Origin: Octopus sinensis
Lineage: Eukaryota
NCBI RefSeq assembly: GCF_006345805.1
Contig: NW_021832127.1
Coordinates: 124,001-188,000 of the forward strand
Direction: 5' to 3'
DNA: 64,000 bases
This document shows positions 1 through 12,899 of the stretch, piece after piece. The notes below the pieces were generated by a model. That model saw only the letters and a program-made list of their open reading frames with translations. It was not told where the DNA came from and made no database searches. The position numbers and the translations under genes were made by a program. Positions within the stretch are counted from its first letter, which is position 1, and each line of letters begins with the position of its first letter.

Positions 1-109
1 AAATTTGACAATGCGACATTCAATTTTGACACTTTTTACATCAATTTTGACTTTTGCCGATTTGTCATTTATTTTATATTTTCTGATTCGTCGTCCCTGT
101 ACGAATTTT

Positions 110-1806
110 ATGTCAAGAAAAAATTCAAGAGTGTCAGAAGGTACAAGAAGAGCACTTATAAATAAGGATGAAGAGGGCGGTGATTATATACAGCTTGCTT
201 GCGATCTTGGTGTCAAGAGGACAACAGCTATAGCCATTGTAAAAAGTGGAAATCCGTATTTTTGTAAACGTGGAGGTAGAAGGGATGCTACGATAATACT
301 TACGGATGATGATATGAATTTGATAATTGAAACAATTGAGAATAATCCATCGATAACATTGAAGGAATTACGCAAATTGGTAAATAATAAAGTTTGTATT
401 GCAACAATAATATTGTTATCGGAAAAACAATACAGGCCTTCAAAAAAGCAACCTTTCGCCTACTGTAAAATTTGGTGGGGGGAAAGTTATGGTCTGGGGC
501 TGTTTTTCCTATTACGGAATGGGCTCGTTTGCTTTTATACACGGGAATATGAATTCCGCACTTTATATCAACACACTATGTAACCATTTATGGGAATCTG
601 CAAAAAAATGGAGCTTAGTGACTTTATTTTCAACAAGACATGGCACCATGTCATACTTCCAAGATGACAATGCGATTTTTTCAAGAAAGTAAACCTTTTA
701 CTATGGGCACCTCAATCACCGGATTTAAATCCGATCGAACATATATGGGCTCATATGAAGAGGGAATTAAACACCTTTCATCCAAAGAATGTTTCGGAAT
801 TGAAAGAAAAAATCGAAAATATTTGGAACGAAATACCGATTAGTTTTATAAAAAAATTAATCGAAAGCATGCCGAATAGAGCACAAAAGCTTTTTAAGGC
901 AAAGTAACTTTAAATAATCAAAAATAAAACGGTTTTTTATTGCGTTTGATTTTTTGTTAGTTATAATTTGTTAAGTAAAAATGATTATAAGTTCAAAAAT
1001 AAAAATAAAACTAGTGTTAAAAAATGATAAATTATTCAATTCTTTAATAAAAACAATATAGTTGCATAGTAAATTTTTGATATTTCGAAAAAACGGTTTT
1101 TTTGCACCTAGTGTATATAACCGACTTGATGGGCGATTGATTATTTACAAAATGCTGCGAAGAGAACCAATTTCTAGTATTTTCATTGGATTATCAACGT
1201 AATACAAATAGAAAAATACATTTGAACGAAACAAATTTTAATCTTTTTACGTTAAAAAAATTCGGCCGATCCTTTACAGGATCACGTGCGATAGTTCCAG
1301 TAAGGGCAAGCAAAGGAGTGAATCTTAACGTTATTTTGGCAATTGATGACAATGGAACAATTGTGAGATTTGAATCACACATTGGATCTATAAAATCGAA
1401 ATTTTGCAATTTTATGACGGCATTATCGGACAGTTTAGCTAGAGAGGAAATTATTATTTATATGGATAATGCTCCAATCCATAAAAAACAAGGAAATTTT
1501 GAAGGCGTGAGAGTAGAACATACAATTCAAAGATTTGATGCACCATATTCTCCGCAGCTAAATCCATGCGAAAGCTGTTTTTCGATTATCAAGGCTGGGA
1601 TTAAGAAATATTTATCCAATCACAATAATCCTCATAACGATGTTCATGCAGCAGGAAATGGAACGCTGACGTAATTTCGAGCACTATTATTACAAAATGC
1701 CTTAGAATATTCTATGACAAATCTAACTCGCGAGAAAATACGGAATTTTTACAGAAATGCAGAAAAAATTATTGCGAATTGTACGATTGGGATTCCATTA
1801 ACCTGA
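110..1806 (+). mobile_element. IS630/Tc1-mariner superfamily transposase remnant (outer element), interrupted by a Tc1 fragment
   Basis: HTH region (DLGVKRTTAIAIVKSG...IENNPSITLKEL...VCIATI) at 110-410 resumes after 1115 (RLDGRLI...) and continues into a DDE core (IIIYMDNAPIH...YSPQLNPCESCFSIIK). Frameshifts and stops are present. Confidence 0.8.
410..1113 (+). mobile_element. 5'-truncated Tc1-like element nested in the outer transposase
   Basis: VKFGGGKVMVWGCFSYYG, FQDDNA and WAPQSPDLNPIEHIW motifs across frames; 3' end ...gcacctagtg followed by TA at 1114-1115. Confidence 0.8.
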
Positions 1807-1890
1807 CCTGATTAATAAATTGTCTTTATTAACTCTCATCTTGATTTAGCCGCATAGAAAAATTCTTATGTGTGTCCGTTATAAAAATAT

Positions 1891-2360
1891 TTGTCAAAAT
1901 TAATTTAAAAAATGTCAAAACTGAATATCGCATTGTCAAAACCAAAGTAAAAAATGTCAATATTGCTTATTGCATTGTCAAAATTGATGCAAAAAATGTC
2001 AAAATTGAATATCACATTGTCAAAACCGATGTAAAAAATGTCAATATTGCTTATTGCATTGTCAAAATTTTTTTTTTTTTGGTTTTTTTTTGGTTTTTTT
2101 TTTCAAAGTAAATTGATTGAAATAAGTTAGTCAGTGATTAAAAGGCACTTGCGGTTGCACGCATGATGGAGTGTGCATTGCCGCGAACGACAGCTATTCC
2201 AATTTGTTGGAATAACCATGACACTTCTCGAGGCTCCCCACGTCGCCTAGCAACTAATTGTCAAAATTGAATGTTGCATTGTCAAAATTGATGCAAAAAG
2301 CGTCAAAATTGAACGTCGCATTTTCAAAATTGGTATAAAAAATGTCAAACTTGAACTGAA
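1891..2360 (+). repeat. 42-bp tandem repeat array (A-B-A-B, 84-bp higher order); inverted copy at 1-51
   Basis: Units such as ttgtcaaaattgatgcaaaaaatgtcaaaattgaatatcaca at 1891-2070 and 2258-2360. The reverse complement of 1-51 matches the unit. Confidence 0.85.
2130..2255 (-). mobile_element. 3'-end fragment of a CRE-like non-LTR retrotransposon, inserted in the 42-bp array
   Basis: Minus strand reads EPREVSWLFQQIGIAVVRGNAHSIM, matching the C-terminal WLFQRLSIAxxRGNA motif of these elements. Confidence 0.65.
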
Positions 2361-2681
2361 AATGGTATAGAAAGTCGGTAAAAGAATAAAAAACATAGAA
2401 AAACAAATAAGATCGGTTGTTTATTGTCACGCGCCATAAATTAAACGCGTGTGTAAAGTGAAACGCTGTGACCTTGAATTTAACCTTCAGTTAAGCTTTT
2501 GACAATTATCAACTCAATATTAAAGATGATTTCACACTTTGAGATAATATGTGACATGGGCAGCTGGATACGTATGGGCAACCGGTTACATTTTACCTTA
2601 AAAAATTTAATTTAACCTTCTTGGTCGGGGTCGTGACGTGCCTCTCTTGCACGATGTCTAAAACACACACAATACAACTGA

Positions 2682-3050
2682 ATGGGCTATCGATCTTATC
2701 TTTCAATGTTTTGGGGTCTTTGCCAGACCTGGAAACAGGAAGCGCTTTTCAATGACATGGAGAAGTATAGTGCTGACATCGAATGCCTACAAGAGACCAA
2801 ACCAAAGTCGGGAACGGACCTTACATACGGAAACTACCGAATGATCTTGCTACCCCCTGACTGCAGACATTACGGACAAGGATTTGTGATTCACAAAAGC
2901 CTATGGTGTGGACTCAAACAATGGTGGAAAGTGACAGATAGAATCTCAGTGCTCCAAGTACAAATCTGGCAAAGAGAGAAGGACCAATGGGATTATATCA
3001 GTAATCAATATATACGCCACTCACAGCGGCAGAATCATCAAAGCTCCTGA
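2682..3050 (+). mobile_element. AP-endonuclease fragment of an RTE-like LINE
   Basis: DMEKYSADIECLQETK...HYGQGFVI...VTDRISVL resembles the N-terminus of RTE/CR1 APE; degenerate. Confidence 0.65.
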
Positions 3051-4249
3051 CGATTGAGCGAAAGGATGTCAAGTTTGATCAATAAATCTGACTATTTTTT
3101 TATTAAAGAGAAACAGTCATTAGAAAACCTCTCAGTTTTTCAAGCGATTTTGATCACTGTTTTGCGACTTTGAGTAAAGAGGAGAAGTCATTTTTTAACT
3201 AATCTTAGGTAGGGTCAAGGAATGATCTTCACTTGTTTTTTCTTTTTTGTGTGTGGGTCCATCAAGATAGACGATCCAGTTCCGCAGTGAATCTTTACTG
3301 ATAACGGCGTCACTAGTCAAGTTTTTTAACATCATAGATGCATGGAACCTCAATCTCTTTATTTAAAAAAATGTGTGTCCTGCCTATGCGCAGCTATAGA
3401 ATCTGTGGCTTTGCAGGAATTGAAATATTATTATTTTTCTCAGAGTTCTGATTATTTTTTGTAATTCATTTGTAATAATAAAAAATGTACAAAATTTTGA
3501 TAAATTTATAATTATTTTGCCACGGCAACCCTTAAGTTAAGGTAGGTATTATGACAAGAAGATCACAGAGAATTTTATCAGTAATTATATATATAAATAT
3601 ATTTTTTAGAATATTTCGGAATCTCAATCTGGTAAGAAGGTAAGATAATAATAAATATTTTAAGAATTTAGATTCTGTAAAATCCTTCGAAATATTTGAC
3701 AGTGATTCGGAAGGTACTTTCTATCTCGGAATATCTCAGAATTCATTCCGGAAGCTGACCAAGATGATCAAATCCACGAAATTGTGACAACTGTGTTAGT
3801 ATATAATGCCAAAGTAAATTAAAGCCCTTCTTCTCTGACAATATTCAGGAATTAGACCAACAGTTAAACGAAGAGTCTTCTTACGTGAATAAGGTCTATT
3901 TTGTGAATAATAAGGTAGGAAATCAATGTCGATTTAAGATTATTAGCAAGCCACTTACGACCTCTCAAAGACTGTGAAGAGGTATCAAATAATTATGACT
4001 AAATTAAGGATTCTGAAATATGGACGATCAACACACTTCTAATAGATACACAGTCTTGTTTCTTACCTAATTCTAACAATTGAGTGTTTTTTATAATTAT
4101 CACAAAATTAAATTACTTTTGTTTAATTGTTCACATAATATTTTACTAGATAATTTTAATAAAATATTATTATAATTATAATAAATTAAAAAATGATTTT
4201 AACTTTTAAAAAAATAAATAAGATCCTGATATTGTGTCGTTCTAGTGTT

Positions 4250-5561
4250 ATGTTTTATAACGAATATTTGACACCAGTCGAATTGGATAGAATTATTAAC
4301 CATAAATACAAATGTTCCGGTTCCTCGATAACTGAAAAATGGCTGCAAAAATTTTGGTGCTTTGTAGTAACCTTAGTCCCTACATGTATTGCCCCCAATC
4401 TTATAACTTTGATTGGACTAGTAGTTAATGTTGTTTCTACTGTAATAATGCTTTATTACAGTCCAGACGGCACATCTAATGTATAAAGAGTATATTTTAC
4501 CTCAAAGATCCCTTCCTGGACATTCATTATGGCCACAGTCTGCCTTTTCCTATACCAGACACTTGATGCTATTGACGGGAAACATGCCAGAAGGACGGGA
4601 AATGTGAGTCCTCTCGGAGAATTGTTTGACCATGGATGTGATTCTTTGGCCACTGGTAAACAGTTGAATTTTAAAAGTCAGTAATTTATGCAATTGGGGT
4701 CGTTATTACTCTAAAATTGGGTACTGATCCTCTGGTTAGCTTTATAATCGTGTTTACTGCACTGATCTTGTTCTACACCTTCCACTGGGGTGTCTATGTT
4801 AATGATGTACTGGAGGCGGGAAAGTTATATTGGTCTTACTTATATTAGACTCGACGTCACTGAATTTCAGCTGTTTATCATGGGTGTTTACGGATTGACG
4901 AGTTACTTTGGACAGAATATATGGACTGATGTACTTTTTCGTGAATTTTTAAAATATTTGAAGGTTATTCTGTTCGGATTGTCACTGCGAATGTATCTAT
5001 TTGTCACAGTTTTTATTTTTTCTTGGCATACAATATTTGCTAAAATATCGATTATTTTTAAAGGCGGGGTCGGCCGCAATGGCTCAAGTGTAGCAGAAAC
5101 AAGTGTTATTTCTCCCGCCATTCCCTTGTTTATTTCTGTGGTTTCGTCTTACTATGTTGTTTGCTTGTACGATGATTATTTCGCATCAAGACCACTATTT
5201 TTACTGCTGGTACTGTCAATATCACCTGTGAAGCAAAGTACAGACATAATCGTTTTTATTGTAATTTATTTGCCTTTTTAGTTAAGAAGAATGACTCGTA
5301 GTTCTTTAACTATGTTTGATTCATGTCTACTGACTCAATTGATTTTGATTTTAAATGCCCGTTTATCACGCCTTTTGAATTTTGAATTGCTATTTGTTAT
5401 ATGCGTGGTAAGATAATGCTATTTTATTTATTTAATAGATGTATGCATTGTGGGATTATTGTTTATATATCTACTCGGTCTGCTATCAAATTAGTTCTTT
5501 CCTTGGGATTCATGTTCTCTTCGTACAAAAATCTCAACAAGTGATCAACAAATCTCTCTAA
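4250..5561 (+). CDS. CEPT1: Choline/ethanolamine phosphotransferase (CDP-alcohol phosphotransferase)
   Basis: [37 protein letters not shown] and DVTE motifs, with a C-terminus like CEPT1/CHPT1. The frame is restored by GT-AG introns at 4481-4507 (27 nt), 4656-4681 (26 nt) and about four more of 25-33 nt. CEPT1 versus CHPT1 cannot be separated by eye. Confidence 0.9.
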
Positions 5562-6084
5562 TTTTCTTTTTTTTCAATTTATTCCATTTTTTTGGTTTAT
5601 GAAATTCTTAATCATTTAATTTAAAGTGTTTTATTTGACGATTGGCTTGTTTGTGTTTAATTAATTTGAGGCAGGTGCCCTGTCTTATTAAGCTAAATCC
5701 TTCAACAAGTTTTTAAGTACTCAATTAACTATTTTGAATATCTTATCAAATTTTGTTGTTAGGTGGTTTCTTAAATAAACTGTATTTCTGACAATTTCAA
5801 CTTCCATGGTTAGATAATATATTCTCCTCATTTGACTGTTTGTTTATTCGGTTATCTTTTCATGTGATATTTATTTTTTTATAGCACTAAAAAGTTACTT
5901 TTTCAAAGTTAATTCATTTTGCCTTTTGGATTAAGTAAGATTTGTAAATGCTGTAATTTAAATGTGATGAAATCTACACGCTCTTTTTTTGATAATCATA
6001 AATTATGAGCATTTTCCAGTTAAATCAAGGGAAAAAAGTATCTCGCGTTCGTTCTCTACAATGTAAATATAGACGACGATCCTA

Positions 6085-6181
6085 CTTTATTAAAAAAGAA
6101 ACTAATTAACTAAGTAATTTTACTAACTAAGTCCAGAGCCTTCGAAGTGAGCAGAAGGTGGCACTCCACGCACCTCCTCCC
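6085..6181 (-). mobile_element. 97-bp 5'-truncated retroposed insertion with a 15-bp target-site duplication
   Basis: tagacgacgatccta occurs at 6070-6084 and 6182-6196; an AT-rich (TTAG)-like tail lies at the low-coordinate end. Confidence 0.7.
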
Positions 6182-6329
6182 TAGACGACGATCCTATAAA
6201 TTTATAACTTCCAAAATAATATGGCAGAAGAATGTTGACTCTAAAACAGAATATCAGGATCATCAGATAAATTAATTTAATTAATGACATGAATTATTAT
6301 TTTTTCAAGAATTAGTTTATTTAATGAAA

Positions 6330-6715
6330 AGAAAAGCAAATAACTACAGAGTGTCGCGGACTTGAGGATCATTCCGGGGAAGACGCGTTGCAAATCGAAA
6401 GGCAGTTCCTTCGGAGAATTAAGACCGAGCTCGTCCCCATCTGGTCATTGGTCTTCTATGCGATTTTTTGCCCACTAGCCGTCATAACTTCTCAGCTTCT
6501 TTACCGACAAACGCCAGTGGTCTCAAAGGCGAGGGGCACGAACTCATAGGCCTCCAAAAGATAAGCGTATTTCAACATTTTCTTCTCCTCCGCAAGCGCG
6601 CAAGCATAGCCTGACGAACATTCCGGCCTTGACAACAATGTCTCCGACAGAAATTCCACACAGGTCACGTCCCAAATAAGAGACCTACCTCCCCTAAATG
6701 GGAATGTAGTCATTT
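6330..6715 (-). mobile_element. CRE-like non-LTR retrotransposon, restriction-like endonuclease (RLE) 3' fragment
   Basis: MTTFPFRGGRSLIWDVTCV...AEEKKMLKY...FVPLAFETTG is homologous to the C-terminus of the 35058-36833 ORF. Confidence 0.8.
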
Positions 6716-6963
6716 TGTCAAAAAATGATGTGATTCCGACATAATTGCATTAATAAAATAATAATCTTTGTTTAAGTAAAATTTGTTTGATATTACAAAA
6801 CAGAAACGCTGTTTATTAACACTATTAAAATAATAAAATATAAAAATCACAAAAATGTCATTGACTTTTTCCAAATTGCGGTCTTAAAATTACAATGTTT
6901 TAATGACGCAATTGTCATTTTTAATTATATATTGTTTTTAGATTTATAAAATTAAAATTAAAA

Positions 6964-6973
6964 CCATAGAAAC
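6964..6973. promoter_or_regulatory. RFX X-box-like motif (CCATAGAAAC) just upstream of LRRC56
   Basis: 11/14 match to GTTNCCATRGNAAC, ending 11 nt before the ATG at 6985. The identical 10-mer lies upstream of STK36. Confidence 0.4.
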
Positions 6974-6984
6974 CAAATAAGCAG

Positions 6985-8097
6985 ATGACAAACAAAAATG
7001 AATCAATTAATGTGTCTAAATATATTTTTGACGATTACACAACTCGAAGTGAAATGGTAAATAATACATAAAACTAATTTTTTCAGAGAAAAATTACAGG
7101 AGTATACAATTTTATTCCAATAAAAAAATTAAAAATAATTATCGATTGTTCTGAAAACAGTATTTGCAATTTTGGAGATTTTTTTCCTAATCTTGAAGTT
7201 TTTGACGTGTCAAATAGTTTCATTCCATCAATACGGTATAAAATATATTTTTTATATTTAGAGAATTAGGAACCAATTTTGAGTTACTTACTACTTTAAT
7301 AATAGGAAATTGTCAGCTGAAAGATCTGCATGGAATAGCAATGGCTTCAAATTTGCTCAGATTAGATGTTTCAAACAATCAAATCTGTGATACGTCACCA
7401 ATCACTTTTTTGGAAAAAATAGAAAATATCAACATTGAAAAGTTTGTTCATATTTTGAATTTCAATACATTTTTAATGTTTATTAATTTTAGTAATTTAA
7501 TAACTGATGTTCTACATGTTCATTATTTATTGTTTTGTGGCAATTTAAAGACTTTATTCATTGGTGGAAATCCAGTTTGTGACAAAACAGATGAATTAGG
7601 AGAACTCAGTATTTCAAAAGTCGAAATAAATTTTAACGTAAACTCTCCTTGTGACATAAGGAGAATGCACGGTGAAATTCCTTCTAATGAAACCGGCATA
7701 TTATATTTAATAAAAAATATTTTATTCTAGAAAATACAAACATTGAAACTACCGACGCTGATTTGATTGATAAAAATTTGAATAAAATACATATTACAGA
7801 CAAATCTTGTTATTTCCAACAAGAAAATACAGATATAAGAAAATGTATAATTACTTATATTTAAATTTATAGTAGTGGACAGTGCTGTTTATCGACCTCG
7901 GCTTTTAAATAGAAGGGAAATGAGTTCTCCAATTTTGAAAATAATCAAAAAAGTGGACTCGTTGGAAAATTTCGCAGTTTCTTCTTTTTCGTAGAATTTT
8001 AATTTATTAATTAGGTAGTGAAGATATTGGTGAGGTCACTTTCCTGCCTCCAATCAAAAACGAAGTTCTAACCACAATTAAAAAGAAAATTTATTAA
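6985..8097 (+). CDS. LRRC56: Leucine-rich repeat protein, LRRC56 (DNAAF12)-like ciliary protein
   Basis: Spliced product NSICNFGDFFPNLEVFDVSNSFIPSIRELGTNF...LKDLHGI...NNQICDTSPITFLE...HVHYLLFCGNLKTLFIGGNPVC parallels LRRC56. Introns of 30, 26 and about 50 nt were identified; the 3' exons are less certain. Confidence 0.8.
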
Positions 8098-8480
8098 ACT
8101 GATTTTAGATAAATTTATATCTGATTATTAATTAATTTACAGTTTTATTTAAATAAGTTTTTTCAACGGAATGTTGTCATGTTGTACAAATATTTAATGT
8201 TTATTATGTGTAGAGAATTTGTTACTTTGAATGAATCACCATTATTTTTAATAAATATGTTTTTTATATATATTTATTAACGATTTGTTAATAATTGGCT
8301 CTTTATTGTATTTCGGGAAGTTAGAAAAATCATGTGAATCATTTAGCCAGTCAACCCATATTAAATTTTTAAAATAATAATTTTTATAAAATATATCATA
8401 ATATAATTATTTTAAAATCAATTACAATTTATTCTGGTGGTTACTTCCCATTTTGGTTCAATACACAATAAAAAACAGAA

Positions 8481-9932
8481 ATGAATAATAAAAATTCAAA
8501 AACAGAGAAAAAACTTTATTCACCAGGGGATTTCATCTTTGGAAAGTTACGGGGCTACACTCCTTGGCCAGCAAGAATTGATTCTTCATTAGGGGAGAAA
8601 TGCCTTGGAAGATATCAAGTATATTTTTACGGAAGCGGCCAAATGTATGTTTTGGGACATATTTATGTCTTATAGTGCAATGCTCCCCCCAAGGGATGTC
8701 TTTCCTTATCAAGAATATAAAGAAATATTTGGAATGAGAAACAAATGTCTCGACTTTATAAAAGGCATTTCCGAATTGGAATATGCCAGCAAAACTGTCT
8801 GGAAAACAAAGTTGAGACTCAGATACAGGAAAGTCCTGTTGTGGAAGAGTCTGTGGTGATATATTCATTTTTATCGTTTAGTGTGAGAAAACCCCGCCTA
8901 TTGAATATTTGGATTCTCCTGTGCTTGTTTCCCCTATCCCCTCCCCGATTGCGACTGTTTTTATTACATGGAATATATTAATTTAGAAAAAATCTCGTAA
9001 AAATAGTAAGCAAAAAATCAAAAAAATACGCAAACCAGTGATTTCCCCTTCCCCGAATAAAGAAAAATCGATTCCAAAAAGTCCCAAAAAATCGAAAATG
9101 AGTGGAGATTATATCCTAAAGGAATTTGATTTGGCCATAAAAAGTGCTCTTCAAGTTTCAGAGCCAGTTTAGTTTTTAATTTATCTTCTCAAGGATGTCC
9201 AACAATGCGTAGAAACGCTAAAACAAGTAATGTCTACTCAGTTTGACGGGGAATCCCTTCTAAAATACCCTGAATTCATTCTCACCCTCAGAAAAGTTAG
9301 TCAAATATAACTAGTGTTTTCTTCTAGATCAGGAAGTACAAGAAAAGTAGACAAGTGCAAGAATTAGCAGATAAAGTTATAACCAAGTTGAAGAACGTCT
9401 GTCGTTCACTTCCAGCTAAAGATTTTGATCGGATGTATCCTCAAAGGTCTCTTGTGCCCGAAGAACCGGTTATAATTAATAAAGAAAATATTCCTGTTCC
9501 GATTGTTGAGGATTTTGAGGAAGTATAATATTTTTGTGTTTATTCTAGAAAAATCGTATTCGTATCGAAGAGACAATTGCAGAGATTATGAGAGAATCTA
9601 AAATTGTTTTGCCAGAGGAAATGAATATAGAAATTGGGGGTTATGATCAGCAAACATTATTAGGAGGTTTTATAATTGAGGAAAAACAGAAGCCTGACGA
9701 ATTCGAAGACCTTTTTAATGTTAATGATGATGACATATACCAAATGTTGGGAGTTTAGTTGGTTTTCTTGATTTTACAAGATACATTTAAAGTCTACGAC
9801 TTATGTGGACAATATATGACGGATTTATGGTAGAAATCAGATAAAATAATAAAATTACGATTTTCGGAATTTTTGATCAATGTCAATGAAGGAAAAATTT
9901 GCTAAAATCAAACTACAGCTCGAGAAAATCTA
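8481..9932 (+). CDS. PWWP + integrase-binding-domain protein (LEDGF/PSIP1-HDGFL2 family)
   Basis: N-terminal PGDFIFGKLRGYTPWPARID...YQVYFYGSGQ|IAMLPPRDVFPY is an HDGF-type PWWP. The later AIKSALQVSEP|DVQQCVETLKQV...EFILTLRK|IRKYKKS matches the IBD fold. Several short introns; the 3' end is approximate. Confidence 0.8.
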
Positions 9933-10041
9933 AACTGCTAATGAAATAATGATGAAGAAACTTACTAAGCGCGACACGTTTTTTTCATATGGCTTCAAAA
10001 AAATAGAGATGAGATCAAGATCGTAGAAAAATTGAGATTTT

Positions 10042-10302
10042 ATGACTCAAGGAAGCGATTCGAGTTGGTGTTATAAACTAAATAAAAGACGATTCTATAG
10101 ATCCGTCAGTGGAAATAATAAGAGGGCGATAATTAACTTTATTCAAGAGGAATGCATTCCGCATTGGGCCAACATCTGGATTAAGCATGAACGGAAAAAA
10201 GCATTTTTTCGACTACGAAAAGAGTCACTGAATCTGAAAATACATATGTCGAGTTCTCAAACAATTTCGAAATTGAATCGCCGTTTTATTAATTTGTCTT
10301 AA
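10042..10302 (+). mobile_element. Fragment of an R4/Dong-like non-LTR element (pre-RT region)
   Basis: KLNKRRFYRSV...EECIPHWANIW resembles FYRKL...SECLKFWGDVW of the 18.9-22.3 kb element. Confidence 0.45.
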
Positions 10303-10829
10303 TTATTTTTCACGGAATACTGATTTAAATTGTAAATTAGTTTGCATTTTGTTTTTCTACACAAATTATCTATATCAACTGATTATTAAAGACAACTATA
10401 AAATTACAGTTAAAATATTTGAAAAAATTATTAAGAACGTAAATGGCGTCTTATATTTAAAAACTTGATTTTTAGATTCACAGGTGTCTTTTTTTACAAT
10501 TTGGTTCGTTTCTTTTACTTTTTGTTATACTTTTTGCCAAGAAAATTAAAAAATATTTTCTCTATTTTAGTTAAATGAACAACAAGCATGTCCTCGAGTC
10601 TCAAAATGAGGTCCACTAAACTTTCCTGGCAAAAAATTAATGAATTATTTTCAACATGTTAATGTAAAAAACAGCAAGAATTTTAACAATGATGTGCTCC
10701 CAATTATTCGTGATAGCATCCGCTTACCTTTTCATCTTTTTTCACTTTTTATATTGTTTAATCCAGCCGTGACGCCATTTTCCATCACGGACCTTTCCTG
10801 CTTAACCCAGAATCTGTCTTAAAACTCGT

Positions 10830-12440
10830 GTTTAATTATCGGGCTTCCTATCGTATTCCCATAAGAACTCAGATCTGCCTATTTTTATCTGGCGAAGTCT
10901 TTATCGGCTTTAATAGAGTGGGTCATTTGTGACCAGATCATTCCGAATTGGAACTAGTGTTCTGCTCTGGAATATTTGCCCTAGCCTCCTCAGTTCAAGA
11001 TTCGGGCTCGAACAAATCGCTTACGCAAACGAATCAACTCTTAATGGCCCACGACGTCGGTTGTGCGGTCCGTATTCTTTTATCTTCTGATTCCGTCCGC
11101 ACCATTACTCTGGATGTAGTCCAAATTCTTAGCCCATTTAGTTGAGCGTTGGCGTGTCTGGCTGGTGCGAGGCTTCGGTCTCTGAACAGCTCCGGCTAAT
11201 ATTAAAATTGGATGTTAAGAATGCGTTTAATTCTATCAACATAAAGCATCTACTTGAGGTTTGTAAAGACAGAATTCTTTCATTGCTGCTAATTGTTTTT
11301 CTTTTGTATGGGTACCCAAGCCTTTTGGCTCCGGGTGATTCTTTTATTTCATCTTCTTATAGTGTACAGCAAGGCGATCCTTCTGGTCCATTGTTATTTT
11401 CCCTTTCCTTAGATTTTGTTGCACATAAGAATGCGCTTCCTCTAAATATTTGGTATTTGAATGAATTTATAATCGGTGGTCCGCCCGATATTTTGCTAAA
11501 CGACTTGGAATCTCTAATACCAGGTTTGTCATTTATTGATCTTGAAATTAATTCTCTCAAATCTGAAATTGTAAATTTTAACATCGATCGTGCGTTCTTG
11601 AAGACATTCTCTGATGCGTTCTTCTGTTGAGAAGATTTTTGATATCAATTTTGATGACGTTGGTTGGTGTCAGGCCAAACTTCCTGTTCCTTTTTGCGGT
11701 CTGGGGTTTCCGCTTTTCTTTCATCTTCTTCAGGATTGTATCTTCTGGTCCATAAGATTTTTTAAAAATTACTTGAATCAACTGTGGACTCTGATATTGA
11801 TTCTGCACTTGCACTATGGAAACAAAATCATTATGAACTCCCTTCCGATGTTACTTCCCAACCGGATTGGGACAAAATTTTTTGCCGTCGATCTTCAGTT
11901 TACTTAGAACTAATCTTCGACCAATACAGATTGACCTGTTTTCGTACCGCTTGTCAGCCATACTCAGACTCCTGGCTTAATGTTTTCCCCTTCTCGGCTT
12001 TTGAATGCAGTCCTTGATATGGATTCACTCAGTTTGGATATTTGTAATCGCTTCGAACCTCCCGTTGGAGGCCCCATCATTTCCGCTGTGGTGCTAAAGT
12101 TGATCCCTTTTGGCTCCATCTTCTCTCCCGATGGCAGTACGCAATTTTCTTATGAATCCAGGAAACAGCTTATGTCGGAAGTCACCGGTGCTGACCCTTT
12201 CTCCATAAATTCTGAATTCTACTGCTTATAGATCTGCTTCGTCGGCTGAGAAGGCCGAATCTATGAAACTGTCGAAGTAAGGTCACTTGTGCGAACGCTT
12301 TTCTTTGGGCAAGTGCCGTAGATACGTCTTGTGTTTTCGGTGTCAAAGACCTTGCTCATCCTAAAAAATTTGGATGTTTGTGCATCCATCGTTTTAGATA
12401 TTTGCATTCCTTATTCAAAGGATCTCGCTGACTGTTTTAC
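10830..12440 (+). mobile_element. Degenerate CRE-like non-LTR retrotransposon (RT and downstream region)
   Basis: ILKLDVKNAFNSI, VQQGDPSGPLLFSL, LNIWYLNEFIIGG and QAKLPVPFCGLG are colinear with the 35 kb element; many stops and frameshifts. Confidence 0.85.
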
Positions 12441-12899
12441 GCGGGAATTGTCTCTCAATCCTGCGAACCGGTTTTAGCTAGTACTTTTTTTTCCTTTTTG
12501 TTTCATTCTATAAAATATTATTCAAAAAATATTCCAATTAATTAAATTTAACATCATCGACCAGTAATTGAGATGTAATTAGTTGAAAAATCCTAAACCC
12601 CTGAAAATGGCAAAGGTTTCATCTCCCTTCGTCGTTTCAGGTGTTCCCGCAGAATGATGAGCATTCCACACATAAGCGCAAAAGAGGAAATTACAGCACG
12701 TCAAAAGAATTCCTAAGGAAAACGGCTCTGCACCCTGTCCGAAAGTGTGCTGGCTCAAAATTCCTAGAGATAGAAAAGCAGAGGACTTTTTTCGGGTTGT
12801 CCGGATCACCCTGTATTTCTCTGTATGTTTTTCAAGATTTATACATGCCAATTATTATGTCTTTTTCTTCAGATGTTTTATGACTAATAATGTAGCGAG

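Noticed and set aside
1872-2111. ORF with 14-aa periodicity
   Set aside because: It is a by-product of translating the 42-bp DNA repeat; there is no evidence of a gene.
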